Of a stretch of DNA of 64,000 nt, positions 1 to 8,991 are shown piece after piece; the stretch's first letter is position 1; the number at the start of each line of letters is the position of its first letter. The stretch spans positions 24,420-88,419 of the forward strand of contig CAVYJB010000001.1 of NCBI GenBank assembly GCA_963768835.1. The letters are read 5' to 3'. The notes beneath the pieces are model-generated. The model worked only from the letters and a program-made list of their open reading frames with translations. It was not told the DNA's origin and made no database searches. Source of the stretch: an uncultured bacterium. GTDB lineage: Bacteria > Patescibacteriota > Minisyncoccia > UBA6257 > GWB1-50-10. Both the position numbers and the translations under genes were made by a program.

Positions 1-72
1 CCCCCCGTTTCCCGCCTTAATCTGGATTTTTACGTCGTCTACGAGCATATCTCCATTGTATCAGGTAATCAC

Positions 73-108
73 AAAGAGAAGACCCACGCTTTCGCGTGGG
101 TCTTCTTT
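73..108 (-). terminator. Rho-independent terminator downstream of the RRM gene
   Basis: Inverted repeat AGAAGACCCACGC/GCGTGGGTCTTCT with a short loop and T-rich flanks. Confidence 0.75.
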
Positions 109-128
109 GGTATTCGGAACGGGGAAGG

Positions 129-461
129 CTAGTAACGCCCGCCTCCGCCTCCGAAATCGCCCCGACCGCCACCAAAACCACGGTCCCCGCCGCGGAACCC
201 ACCAGGCTTTCTGTCGCCCAGAGGTCGCGCCTCGTTTACCACGATCTTGCGGCCGCCGAAGTCGGTACCATCCAGTGATTCGATCGCCTTCTGCGCTTCC
301 GCGTCATCGGACATCTCTACGAAGCCGAAACCGCGGCTCTTTCCCGAGAACTTGTCCATCAAGACAGTTGCCGAGGTAACGGCACCGTACTTGCTGAAAA
401 GCTCGTTGAGCTCCGCATCCGTCGTCGAATAGGGGAGGCCACCTACGTAAAGTTTCTTCAT
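129..461 (-). CDS. RRM-domain RNA-binding protein with Gly/Arg-rich tail
   Basis: RNP2 LYVGGL, RNP1 RGFGFVEM, C-terminal RGG repeats. Confidence 0.95.
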   Translation of the reverse strand: MKKLYVGGLPYSTTDAELNELFSKYGAVTSATVLMDKFSGKSRGFGFVEMSDDAEAQKAIESLDGTDFGGRKIVVNEARPLGDRKPGGFRGGDRGFGGGRGDFGGGGGRY

Positions 462-565
462 GGCTGCTCTATCGATATATGCTCTGTTCGACCTTCACCC
501 CCTACCCGCAGCTACCGCCTTACGTTGGCTTCGCGCTCAAGGATGCTTAATTAACAGGCCCCCGA

Positions 566-594
566 AGTGTACCACAGACGCTCAGGAAGTGCAA
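566..594 (-). promoter_or_regulatory. sigma70-type promoter for the RRM gene (~100-nt leader)
   Basis: Minus strand TTGCAC-17bp-TACACT with extended TG. Confidence 0.6.
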
Positions 595-639
595 GCCCCC
601 CACAACCACTCTCCTGTATAGGTTTTAGAGACCCCTTTT

Positions 640-817
640 GATTGATGGGGACTATTTGTGCCAACCCGTGATCATTGTTAAGCCTTGGACTTCGCAGAGC
701 GTTTCAGAAAGTTCGCTGCCACAGACTAACTCCGCCTCTGCGCGCTCTGGCCTTGCGAGTAACGTCGTCTCATTACTTCAGGGAGTTACCTCTTCTCGCG
801 CATCGAAATCTGACTGG
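640..817 (-). ncRNA. Candidate structured RNA of unknown family
   Basis: No credible ORF; end pairing 640-647/801-810 and hairpins CGCAGAG/CTCTGCG and GCGAG/CTCGC; G-U pairs favour the minus strand. Confidence 0.35.
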
Positions 818-840
818 TGGTGCGGTATACTGTCTAGAGT

Positions 841-1380
841 ATGGAACAGAGTGAGTTCCAGCGGCTCGGCCGGAAAACCCTTACCCTCTTCGTTCTGAAG
901 AGGAGCGGTATTGGGCTTCTTCTGCTTGTCCTCTCAATCGTCCTTCTCATCGCCGGCGCCTCTGTCGCCGCCGTCGTTACAGGAGGAAGGATTGCGTTTC
1001 TTGTTGCTCTCGTCGTGCTTCTCGTGGCTGTCGGTATCGGTTGGCTCGAGTACGCTCGCTATAAAATCAGCCTGCGAAGCGATTCGATCCAGATATCGAG
1101 AGGCGTCCTCGAGGAAGAGGAGATAGGGGTTCCGTACCGGCATATCGAGGATGTCGCCATCCATCGCTCTCTGCTCGACCAGATTATCGGAGTCTCGAAC
1201 CTGACCCTTTCCATTACAAGTTCGGACAAGGACCTCACGGACCAGGTTGGCGCAAAGGTGATCGTACCCTCCATCGATCGCAAGTTGGCGGAGGATATCC
1301 AGCAGGAACTCATGAGCCGGGCGAATATCGAAGATATCAAGGTAGATTCCAGCCGTCCGCCTGCGGCTTCCCCGCTCTAG
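841..1380 (+). CDS. Membrane protein with bacterial PH (bPH_2, YdbS-like) domain
   Basis: Two TM helices then RY..I..GVL...IPY..IEDV...RSLLDQIIG pattern. Confidence 0.8.
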   Translation: MEQSEFQRLGRKTLTLFVLKRSGIGLLLLVLSIVLLIAGASVAAVVTGGRIAFLVALVVLLVAVGIGWLEYARYKISLRSDSIQISRGVLEEEEIGVPYRHIEDVAIHRSLLDQIIGVSNLTLSITSSDKDLTDQVGAKVIVPSIDRKLAEDIQQELMSRANIEDIKVDSSRPPAASPL

Positions 1381-1391
1381 CGGTTCGGCGT

Positions 1392-2663
1392 ATGCGAGAA
1401 GGAGGTCTTAAGCGATTCTGGAGGATGCTCGGTCCGGGCTTCATTTCCGGTGCCGCCGACGACGATCCTACCGCTATCGCGACTTATACCCAGGCGGGCG
1501 CCGCCTTCGGGTATCGCGAGCTTTGGACCGCTCTCTTCACGCTGCCCTTCATGGTCGTGATCCAGGAGATGTGCGGCCGCATCGGCATGGTGACGGGCCG
1601 GGGGCTCGCCGGAGTCATCCGGGACCACTACCCGCGCCGACTTCTGTACTTTGCCGTTACCCTGCTTTGTATTGCGAACATTGTGAATATCGGGGCCGAC
1701 CTCGGCGCCATGGCCGCCACCGTCCAGATGCTCCTCGGGCTCCCGGTCGTCGTCTGGCTTCTTGTCATCACCGGGCTTACCCTCGCGCTCGAGGTTTTTG
1801 TTTCCTATCGGACCTACGCGAAATACCTTCGGTACCTTGCGCTCGTGCTCATCGCCTATGTCGGGGTCGCGCTTCTCGTGCGGCAGGATTGGGGCGCGGT
1901 ACTTAAGGGAACGCTCCTTCCCTCCATTACATGGAACCGGACCTTCCTTCTTGGCCTTGTCGCCATTCTAGGGACCAACCTCTCTCCCTATCTCTTCTTC
2001 TGGCAGGCGAGCGAGGAGGTCGAGGAAGAGGTAGCCCACGGCCGCCTGCATTCCATGGGTACGAAAGTGCCGAGAGTTACTCGGAGCGATGATCGTCGCT
2101 TGCGCTGGGACACCGTGCTCGGCATGCTCTTCTCGAATATTATTGTGTTCTTTATTGCCATCGCGGCGGCTTCCACCCTCGGGCACGCCGGCATTACGAG
2201 CATCACCACGCCCCAAGAAGCGGCTCGGGCGCTTGCACCGCTTGCGGGGAATCTCGCTTCTCTCCTTTTCGCCCTAGGAATTCTTGGAAGCGGACTCCTC
2301 GCGGTACCGGTGCTCGCTGGCTCCGCATCGTACGCCCTTTCCGAGAGCCTGGGATGGAGAGAAGGGCTCTATCGGAAGTTTCGGCAAGCCCACGGTTTTT
2401 ACGGGGTTATCATCGTTGCGACATTGGTCGGCCTCCTAGTGAATCTCACGTCGATCCAGCCCTTTGAGCTTCTTATCTATGCCGCCGCGCTGAACGCCAT
2501 CTTGGCGCCTCCGCTTCTCGCCATCATCCTCGTGATTTCGCGGAACCGCAACGTGATGGGGGAATATGCGAGTAAAGGCATTTCCACCGTTCTCGGCGGG
2601 CTGACAGTAGTTCTCATGGCCGCGGCGGCCGTCGCGTTCCTCGTGTTGCTTTTCAAGGGCTAA
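1392..2663 (+). CDS. NRAMP-family divalent metal transporter
   Basis: LGPGFISGAADDDPT motif, multiple TM helices, FFWQAS. Confidence 0.9.
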   Translation: MREGGLKRFWRMLGPGFISGAADDDPTAIATYTQAGAAFGYRELWTALFTLPFMVVIQEMCGRIGMVTGRGLAGVIRDHYPRRLLYFAVTLLCIANIVNIGADLGAMAATVQMLLGLPVVVWLLVITGLTLALEVFVSYRTYAKYLRYLALVLIAYVGVALLVRQDWGAVLKGTLLPSITWNRTFLLGLVAILGTNLSPYLFFWQASEEVEEEVAHGRLHSMGTKVPRVTRSDDRRLRWDTVLGMLFSNIIVFFIAIAAASTLGHAGITSITTPQEAARALAPLAGNLASLLFALGILGSGLLAVPVLAGSASYALSESLGWREGLYRKFRQAHGFYGVIIVATLVGLLVNLTSIQPFELLIYAAALNAILAPPLLAIILVISRNRNVMGEYASKGISTVLGGLTVVLMAAAAVAFLVLLFKG

Positions 2664-3172
2664 CGCGCGGGCACGCGGTAGGACCACACGCCGTCCGTGT
2701 GGCCTAGCGGCGTCCAATCGGGGATGGGAAAGATATTCGACGCGATGGGAGTGCCCGGTCGGAGCTCCTTTGCGAATTTCTGGCCGAGCTCCCGCATGAT
2801 GTAGGGGATGCCGTAAACCACGAGCCCGTCGAACCGGGAAAGGTCCGCGCGCCAGAAACTCGAGAGATGTACGCGTGCCCGGTCTCTGAATCCCGCTTTC
2901 CGGATGCGGAAACGGGTTATCCACACGAGGAGGGGATTTACCTCGAACCCTTCGACGGTGGCTCCTTGTGCCACGAGAGCGAGAAGCAAGCGTCCGTCCC
3001 CGGAGCCGAGATCCGCGAGGTGCTTCCCCGGCCCCGGACTGAGAATAGCGATGGTCTGCTGGGTTGCCTTTGCGCTTGTCGGAAAGTAGATGGCACCGCG
3101 GAGCATGGGTCGGAGGAGGAGATAGATGAGGATTACGAAGATTGCCGTCTTCGCGATAAGGAACATGAGCAT
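2660..3172 (-). CDS. Membrane-anchored class I SAM-dependent methyltransferase
   Basis: DLGSGDGR motif I, GFEVNP; start chosen just after a TGTATAAT box (alternative 3181). Confidence 0.85.
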   Translation of the reverse strand: MLMFLIAKTAIFVILIYLLLRPMLRGAIYFPTSAKATQQTIAILSPGPGKHLADLGSGDGRLLLALVAQGATVEGFEVNPLLVWITRFRIRKAGFRDRARVHLSSFWRADLSRFDGLVVYGIPYIMRELGQKFAKELRPGTPIASNIFPIPDWTPLGHTDGVWSYRVPAR

Positions 3173-3303
3173 CCCATTCATTATACAAAGATTCCGCACA
3201 ACCCCGGTTTACCAGTTCCGAGATTTTTGATATCCTAAAGTCAGCCAGCGCACCACCCAACTAAATACTGGAACTGCTACCACAGCGAAAAGGAGATACG
3301 AAA

Positions 3304-3531
3304 ATGTCCGAGGGAACTATCAAGGTGACTTGGGAGCGTTTCGACGGAACCCACAGTAAGAATCCGCACCCGCCGAAGTGCCATAGCTGTGAGAGCCCCG
3401 CGACGCAGGAAGTTGTATGCCGCCGCGGCGAAAGGGAGAGCCGTGTCCCATGCTGCGAACTCATTCCCTGCCGGAACATGGCGGGCAGGGAGGCTCGACA
3501 AGCCCTCGAGGGCCAACCCCAAGCTGTTTAA
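3304..3531 (+). CDS. Small Cys-rich hypothetical protein (possible Zn finger)
   Basis: AAAGGAG SD, CHSC...C...CC...C, hairpin at 3548-3571. Confidence 0.55.
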   Translation: MSEGTIKVTWERFDGTHSKNPHPPKCHSCESPATQEVVCRRGERESRVPCCELIPCRNMAGREARQALEGQPQAV

Positions 3532-3579
3532 CCGCTGATTCCACTCGCCCCGCGCTTTCCATGCGCGGGGCATCTTTCT

Positions 3580-4155
3580 CTACGCCTGCGGTGATCGAAA
3601 CGCAGCTTTCAAGCCAACAAATACTAAGGTAAGAAACATCGCGGTGCCCCACGCCAGAACGGTGATGAGATTCAACGCGTCAACGCGCTTTTCAACCTCG
3701 CGGAGCGAACGCCCCGCAGCCACGAAGCCAGGGTGCGCACCTCCATAGTGAACCACAATAAGCGCCTCCCGGACGCTGCTTTCCGGCTGCCACGTGACGC
3801 GCTCCTCGCCGGCCGTGCGGGTGTAAGCGAAAATTCCATTGGGTAGTTCCGGAAGAGAACCGCTCAAGAGTCCCGACGCGGCGATTGGTTTTCCTGTGTC
3901 GTCGTAGATGGCGAGGAAGGGAGCAAGGCTTGTTCCGATGTCCACGCTCGCCGTGGGGATGACGGCAACAGGGCTCGCGCCCGCCGCAAGCATCGTAGCG
4001 GCATCTTCCGCCATCTGGATCTGTGGGTCGTTCGCGCTCTGCCGATAATTCTGTTGGACCGCAAGATTGACGAGACCTGTGAGAACGGTCACCGCAACTG
4101 CGAGAGGTAACCACGCAAGAAGAATATGGAAGAGAGAAGGACGTACTGGATTCAT
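3580..4155 (-). CDS. Two-TM membrane protein with extracytoplasmic sensor-like domain, no kinase domain
   Basis: TM-soluble domain-TM topology; 191 aa ORF. Confidence 0.75.
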   Translation of the reverse strand: MNPVRPSLFHILLAWLPLAVAVTVLTGLVNLAVQQNYRQSANDPQIQMAEDAATMLAAGASPVAVIPTASVDIGTSLAPFLAIYDDTGKPIAASGLLSGSLPELPNGIFAYTRTAGEERVTWQPESSVREALIVVHYGGAHPGFVAAGRSLREVEKRVDALNLITVLAWGTAMFLTLVFVGLKAAFRSPQA

Positions 4156-4226
4156 GGGGAAAGTATAGGATGTTACGCTCTATTTTGCCAGATTGCACCC
4201 ATGGGTCGGCCTGGTATGATTGGAGG

Positions 4227-5024
4227 ATGCGACAAAAGCTGGCTCACTTTGTTCCTGCAATTCTTCTTGTTCTAGCGCTCCTCGTCGGCATCGCCGTAGG
4301 GCACTTCGCATGGATGAGCCGGACGTCCGTGCACGGAAATCTCGTTCCGGTGGTTGCGACCGCCTCAACGTCTACTACAAGTCTCGCGCTTAATGTGGTT
4401 TCGGTACACGACACCTCGAATCCTCTCTACCGTATCGATGTGGAGTATCCGGAAATCTCCGCAGCGCCCGTGGAATGGAACGCATCCATCAAGACCTTCA
4501 TCGATGGAAAGATTGCAGAGTTCGAGAAGAATTCGAACGACAACTGGAAGGCTCGACAGGACACCGCTCCGGCAAATGCTCCCGTACCCGCACCCCAAGG
4601 TGAACCGTTCTACCTCAAGATTTCTTGGTCGCCGGAGCAGCTGAATGCTCATTACCTGAGCTTCATCATCCGCCTGGAGGCCTTTGAGGGCGGTGCGAAC
4701 GAGCGACAGGAACTCTGGACTTGGAACTATGACCTCGAGCAGCACCGCGACATCTCGTTGGGGGATCTGTTCCCCAACGTTCCGGATTACCTCACGAAAA
4801 TCGCGAAGCTTTCCCATGACGAACTACTCCCTCAGCTTCAGATAGCTTCGGACGACAACGCTTCGCAGGACATGCTCAACGCCGGAACCGCGCCCACCGC
4901 CGAGAACTTCCAAAACTTCCTTTTCAACGATCAGATAGTCACCATCTACTTCCCGAAGTACCAGGTTGCGCCCGGCGTCTTTGGTGAACAGCACGTCATT
5001 ATCCCGCGGGGGAGCATCCAATAA
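4227..5024 (+). CDS. DUF3298/DUF4163 (RsiV/PdaC-like) membrane-anchored protein
   Basis: N-terminal TM; EYP, GGAN, NYDL...ISLGDLF, YFPKYQVAPG motifs. Confidence 0.8.
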   Translation: MRQKLAHFVPAILLVLALLVGIAVGHFAWMSRTSVHGNLVPVVATASTSTTSLALNVVSVHDTSNPLYRIDVEYPEISAAPVEWNASIKTFIDGKIAEFEKNSNDNWKARQDTAPANAPVPAPQGEPFYLKISWSPEQLNAHYLSFIIRLEAFEGGANERQELWTWNYDLEQHRDISLGDLFPNVPDYLTKIAKLSHDELLPQLQIASDDNASQDMLNAGTAPTAENFQNFLFNDQIVTIYFPKYQVAPGVFGEQHVIIPRGSIQ

Positions 5025-5032
5025 AACCAACG

Positions 5033-5602
5033 ATGCCTGATTTTATTCACCCTACCCAGATTCCTGAACCGCCCCTCGCGCGCGTTCTTTTCGCCGACAC
5101 GCGTTTCGCGTGGGTGTGGCTTCTTCTTCGGCTCTACGTCGGATATGAGTGGCTCGCGGCAGGTTGGGAAAAAGTACAGAGCAGCGCGTGGGTGGGTGCA
5201 CATGCGGGTTCAGCTCTTCAAGGTTTCATTCTAGGGGCGCTCCAGAAAGCCGGCGGCGGGCACCCCGACGTTTCCGGCTGGTACGCGTGGTTTCTCCAAA
5301 CGCTCGTGCTCCCGCACCCCGCATTCTTTTCTTATCTTGTCACCTTAGGGGAGTTGGCGGTCGGTCTTGGGCTCGCGCTCGGGCTCTTCACGGGGCTCGC
5401 GGCATTCTTCGGTTCCTTCATGAACCTGAACTATCTTTTTGCGGGGACCGTGAGCGTAAACCCTCTGCTTTTCTTCATCCAGATCTTTCTCATTCTCGCG
5501 TGGCGCGTCGCGGGAAGCTGGGGATTGGATCGTTACCTCTTGCCGCGCCTCGGCGTCCCTTGGAATCCGGGACCGTGGTTCAGGCGCTCTCCCGAGGTAT
5601 AA
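5033..5602 (+). CDS. DoxX / TQO small subunit DoxD-like membrane protein
   Basis: LRLYVGYEWL.AGWEK, GELAVGLGL, MNLNYLFAG, GLDRY. Confidence 0.85.
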   Translation: MPDFIHPTQIPEPPLARVLFADTRFAWVWLLLRLYVGYEWLAAGWEKVQSSAWVGAHAGSALQGFILGALQKAGGGHPDVSGWYAWFLQTLVLPHPAFFSYLVTLGELAVGLGLALGLFTGLAAFFGSFMNLNYLFAGTVSVNPLLFFIQIFLILAWRVAGSWGLDRYLLPRLGVPWNPGPWFRRSPEV

Positions 5603-5603
5603 G

Positions 5604-5628
5604 AACCCCGCCGATGGCGGGGTTTTTT
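5604..5628. terminator. Terminator between convergent doxD-like gene and msrA
   Basis: AACCCCGCC-GAT-GGCGGGGTT followed by T run. Confidence 0.75.
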
Positions 5629-6177
5629 CTATTTCGTCTCTTTCAGAAGCTCCGTGAAACGCTTGCGGAGTTTCTCAAGTTTGGGGCTTATCACGACTTG
5701 GCAGTATGGTTGGTCTTCATGCGTGCGGTAGTACTCACGGTGATACGCCTCGGCAGGATAAACAGCATCCAGAGGCTGCACCTCCGTCACGACCTTCGCA
5801 CCCATTGGCTCCCCTTGGTCCAGCTCTTGGATAAAAGCTTCCGCTTCTTTTTTCTGCGCATCGGTAGTTGTGAGAATAATGGAACGATACTGGGTGCCGA
5901 CGTCGGCGCCCTGACGGTTCAGGGTTGTGGGATCGTGCGTTGCGAAAAAGACCGTGAGGAGGTCGTGGTAGGCGATGCGGGACGGATTGAACTCTATTTT
6001 GATGACTTCCGCATGGCCGGTCCGACCGCTCGAGACCTGTTCATAGGTCGGGTTTGCGGTCGTTCCTCCCGCATAACCAGACATTACCGAGACGACTCCT
6101 TTCAGAGACTCGAAAACGGCTTCTGTGCACCAAAAACACCCACCCCCGAACACCGCCACTTCGTTCTTAGTTTCCAT
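5629..6177 (-). CDS. msrA: Peptide-methionine (S)-S-oxide reductase
   Basis: GGGCFWC active site, TGHAE, HDPT, QYRS, AEAYH. Confidence 0.97.
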   Translation of the reverse strand: METKNEVAVFGGGCFWCTEAVFESLKGVVSVMSGYAGGTTANPTYEQVSSGRTGHAEVIKIEFNPSRIAYHDLLTVFFATHDPTTLNRQGADVGTQYRSIILTTTDAQKKEAEAFIQELDQGEPMGAKVVTEVQPLDAVYPAEAYHREYYRTHEDQPYCQVVISPKLEKLRKRFTELLKETK

Positions 6178-6252
6178 ATAGAATCATTCTACTATATACA
6201 ACAGGAAGGTTTGCAGCCCAAGGGAAATGGCCCTGTGGTATAATCAGATATT

Positions 6253-6963
6253 ATGCTTAATGTTCCTTTAATAGTCGCTTTCGTCGCCGGTATCGTGTCC
6301 TTCCTTTCGCCCTGCGTGCTCCCCATCATCCCGGGTTTTCTTGCGTACCTAGCGGGAGAATCCTCCTCGAGTGGTGAACATCCCCGACGCGCTGCGGTTT
6401 TCCTGAACAGTTGCTTCTTCGTCCTCGGTTTTTCCGTCGTCTTCGCGATCCTCGGCGTTCTTTTAAACGGTGTCCTTGCTCACGTTGCGTATGGCGTCCA
6501 GACATGGCTCTCCCGCATCGGCGGCGCGCTCATCATATTCTTCGGCCTCTATCTCATGGGGCTCATCCATATCGGTTTCCTGGAGTATGACCATAAGATG
6601 AACGTTGGTATCAAGACCCGCTCCCGCTACCTCACGTCCCTTCTCTTCGGACTCGCGTTTGCGGCAGGTTGGACGCCCTGCGTGGGGCCGGTCTTGGGAG
6701 GGATTCTCGGCTTCGCGGCCACATCGCCGGGCCAGGCGCTCTACCTCCTCCTCGCATACGCGCTGGGGCTCGGGATACCGTTTCTCATCGTAGGTCTTTT
6801 CGTAGCGCAAGCCGCGCATCTCATCCAGCGCTATCTCGGTGCTCTGGTGTGGGTGGAACGCGTCTTCGGAGCTATCCTCGTGGCACTCGGCATTCTGGTT
6901 TTCACACAGAATCTTTCGCTCATCGCGAATTTCGATTTCCTGAACAAACTTCTCCTTAAATGA
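6253..6963 (+). CDS. ccdA: CcdA/DsbD-type transmembrane disulfide reductase
   Basis: SFLSPCVLP and GWTPCVGP Cys motifs, about six TM. Confidence 0.92.
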   Translation: MLNVPLIVAFVAGIVSFLSPCVLPIIPGFLAYLAGESSSSGEHPRRAAVFLNSCFFVLGFSVVFAILGVLLNGVLAHVAYGVQTWLSRIGGALIIFFGLYLMGLIHIGFLEYDHKMNVGIKTRSRYLTSLLFGLAFAAGWTPCVGPVLGGILGFAATSPGQALYLLLAYALGLGIPFLIVGLFVAQAAHLIQRYLGALVWVERVFGAILVALGILVFTQNLSLIANFDFLNKLLLK

Positions 6964-8153
6964 AAAAGAATATCGCCCTCGTATCGGTTCTTGTCGTCGT
7001 TGTCCTCGCGATCGTCTATCTTGAAGGGCTGAAAGCGGGTCCGACAACACCGAGCGGCCCCACGAAAAGCGTTTCCATCGCTCTTCCGTCGCCGACGGTA
7101 CAACCGTCAGAAACCTCAACGGTTCCGATTGCATCGTCCGGAACCCAGCCTGCGGCACCCTCCGTATCGCTCGCCTCCATCCGCGCGGAAGACGCAAAGA
7201 ACGGCTATCCGCCTGCGGTGGAACTTGTGGATCCCACAGGGTTTGTGAACACCCCTCCCTTCAAGCTCGCGGATCTCGTGGGCAAAAAGGTTATCCTTCT
7301 CGACTTTTGGACCTACAGCTGCATTAACTGCATCCGAACGCTTCCATATCTCACCGCATGGTATGCGAAGTACCATGACCAAGGCCTTGAGATTGTGGGT
7401 GTTCACACGCCGGAGTTCGAGTTCGAGAAGGATATTGCAAACGTCCAGGCCGCGACACAAAAATTCGGCATTCTCTATCCCGTGGTCCTCGATTCAAACT
7501 ACGGCACGTGGCAGGCCTATAATAACCTATACTGGCCCCACGAATATCTCATCGATATCGCGGGAAACATCGTCCACGACCATATCGGGGAAGGGGACTA
7601 CGACGCGACGGAAGCCGAGATACAGAAGCTCTTGGCGCAGCGCGCGGAGGCCTTAGGTCTAGGACCGATGCCCGAGGCGACCGGCACCACCGCTATCGCT
7701 CCTGCTGATCTTTCAGGCGTCGGAAGCCCCGAAACGTACTTCGGCGCGGCGAGGAACCAATATCTGGCAAATGGCGTGCAGAGCACCCAGGGGACGCAAT
7801 CCCTCACGCTGCCTTCAAGCACCACCCTGAACCAGCTTTACCTCGATGGAAATTGGAACTTCGTGCAGGAATATGCAACGAATGTTGCGGGTGGCGCGAA
7901 GATCCTCTATAAATACCACTCCGCGAAGGTTTTCCTTGTCGCGAGCGCACCCGCGGGAGTCACGGTGGAGGTTTTGCAGGATGGCAAACCCATCGGCTCC
8001 GCGGCAGGAAGTGACGTCGTGGATGGAAAGGTAACCGTGAAGGAAAGCCGCCTTTATAGCCTGGCGTCGAACCCCGATGGTGCGGGCGATCATACGCTGG
8101 AACTCATCATTGATGGCCCGGGACTCCAGGCGTACACCTTCACTTTCGGGTGA
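6960..8153 (+). CDS. Membrane-anchored thioredoxin-like (DipZ C-terminal type) protein
   Basis: DFWTYSCINC, GVHTPEF, YWP, SPETYFG and terminal FTFG typical of DipZ. Confidence 0.9.
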   Translation: MKKNIALVSVLVVVVLAIVYLEGLKAGPTTPSGPTKSVSIALPSPTVQPSETSTVPIASSGTQPAAPSVSLASIRAEDAKNGYPPAVELVDPTGFVNTPPFKLADLVGKKVILLDFWTYSCINCIRTLPYLTAWYAKYHDQGLEIVGVHTPEFEFEKDIANVQAATQKFGILYPVVLDSNYGTWQAYNNLYWPHEYLIDIAGNIVHDHIGEGDYDATEAEIQKLLAQRAEALGLGPMPEATGTTAIAPADLSGVGSPETYFGAARNQYLANGVQSTQGTQSLTLPSSTTLNQLYLDGNWNFVQEYATNVAGGAKILYKYHSAKVFLVASAPAGVTVEVLQDGKPIGSAAGSDVVDGKVTVKESRLYSLASNPDGAGDHTLELIIDGPGLQAYTFTFG

Positions 8154-8170
8154 TGCCTTTCGCTTCTACT

Positions 8171-8206
8171 AAAAAAACCAGCCCCTCTCAGGGCTGGTTT
8201 GTTTTA
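8171..8206. terminator. Bidirectional terminator
   Basis: AAACCAGCCC-CTCTCA-GGGCTGGTTT with A and T runs on either side. Confidence 0.75.
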
Positions 8207-8219
8207 AGTTCCCCGCTTC

Positions 8220-8900
8220 CTATTGGCAGTGGAGTGCCGAGAGACATTGCGCTTTCGCGCTCGCATCTGGAATTATATTACACTGCGCGCACTGGGCCGA
8301 TGCGCCCCCGGAGGGCGGGTTATAATTCGGACCGGTCGAGCTCTTGGGGAGCGTCGCGCCGGAAGGACCACCAGGCAGCGCTCCTTGCATCATTGCGCTC
8401 ATGTCCGTGAATGTTATGCCCGCCGGCGGCACAAACTCGCTTGGATCGCCGGACCAGGGACTGCAGGAGTAATTCGCTTTTGCATCCGGATTCACGCCGC
8501 CCGCTTGACTGCCCTGCCCTCCGACCGCCGAGAATGCCATTTTGATGCCCTGCGGCATCTGGCTACTCCACATCTTTGCCGTCTGCCCGTCTGTGATCAT
8601 GTGACTTGTTACTGTTTGCCCCGAACCCGCAGTCGCAGTAAAGTCACCACGCATATGGCCTCCCGAGACATAGATCTGGCCCGATGCGCCTCCGTTTGCC
8701 GCGGAGCTTGAGAAGGAGCAGGTCTGCGGAGCGCCGCTCGCGAGAAGATCTCTCAAGGATTGCATCGGGGAAGAGCCTCCCGCAGGCTGTGGCGACGCCA
8801 CTGGCGTGCCGCCTGGACCGGATTTCGAAGAAAACGCGAGCCATACGATGACGCCGACCACGACCACCGCGATGACCACGTACAGAACTTTTTTATTCAT
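8220..8900 (-). CDS. Secreted/membrane-anchored hypothetical protein with C-terminal Cys motif
   Basis: MNKK + TM; beta-rich core; CAQC...C...C tail; TATACT box 6 nt before ATG. Confidence 0.8.
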   Translation of the reverse strand: MNKKVLYVVIAVVVVGVIVWLAFSSKSGPGGTPVASPQPAGGSSPMQSLRDLLASGAPQTCSFSSSAANGGASGQIYVSGGHMRGDFTATAGSGQTVTSHMITDGQTAKMWSSQMPQGIKMAFSAVGGQGSQAGGVNPDAKANYSCSPWSGDPSEFVPPAGITFTDMSAMMQGALPGGPSGATLPKSSTGPNYNPPSGGASAQCAQCNIIPDASAKAQCLSALHCQ

Positions 8901-8991
8901 TGTTTTAGTATAGCAAATCGGATTTCTCAGCGAAACGTCGGCAAGCGGCCCCCATTGCGGTTTCTCGCGTTCTGTGTTATCCTTGGGGCAG

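Noticed and set aside
640-817. RNase P, c-di-AMP riboswitch or group I intron
   Set aside because: Only short scattered matches (GAGGTAACTCC, CTAACTCCG, TAGTCC), in the wrong order or without pairing partners.
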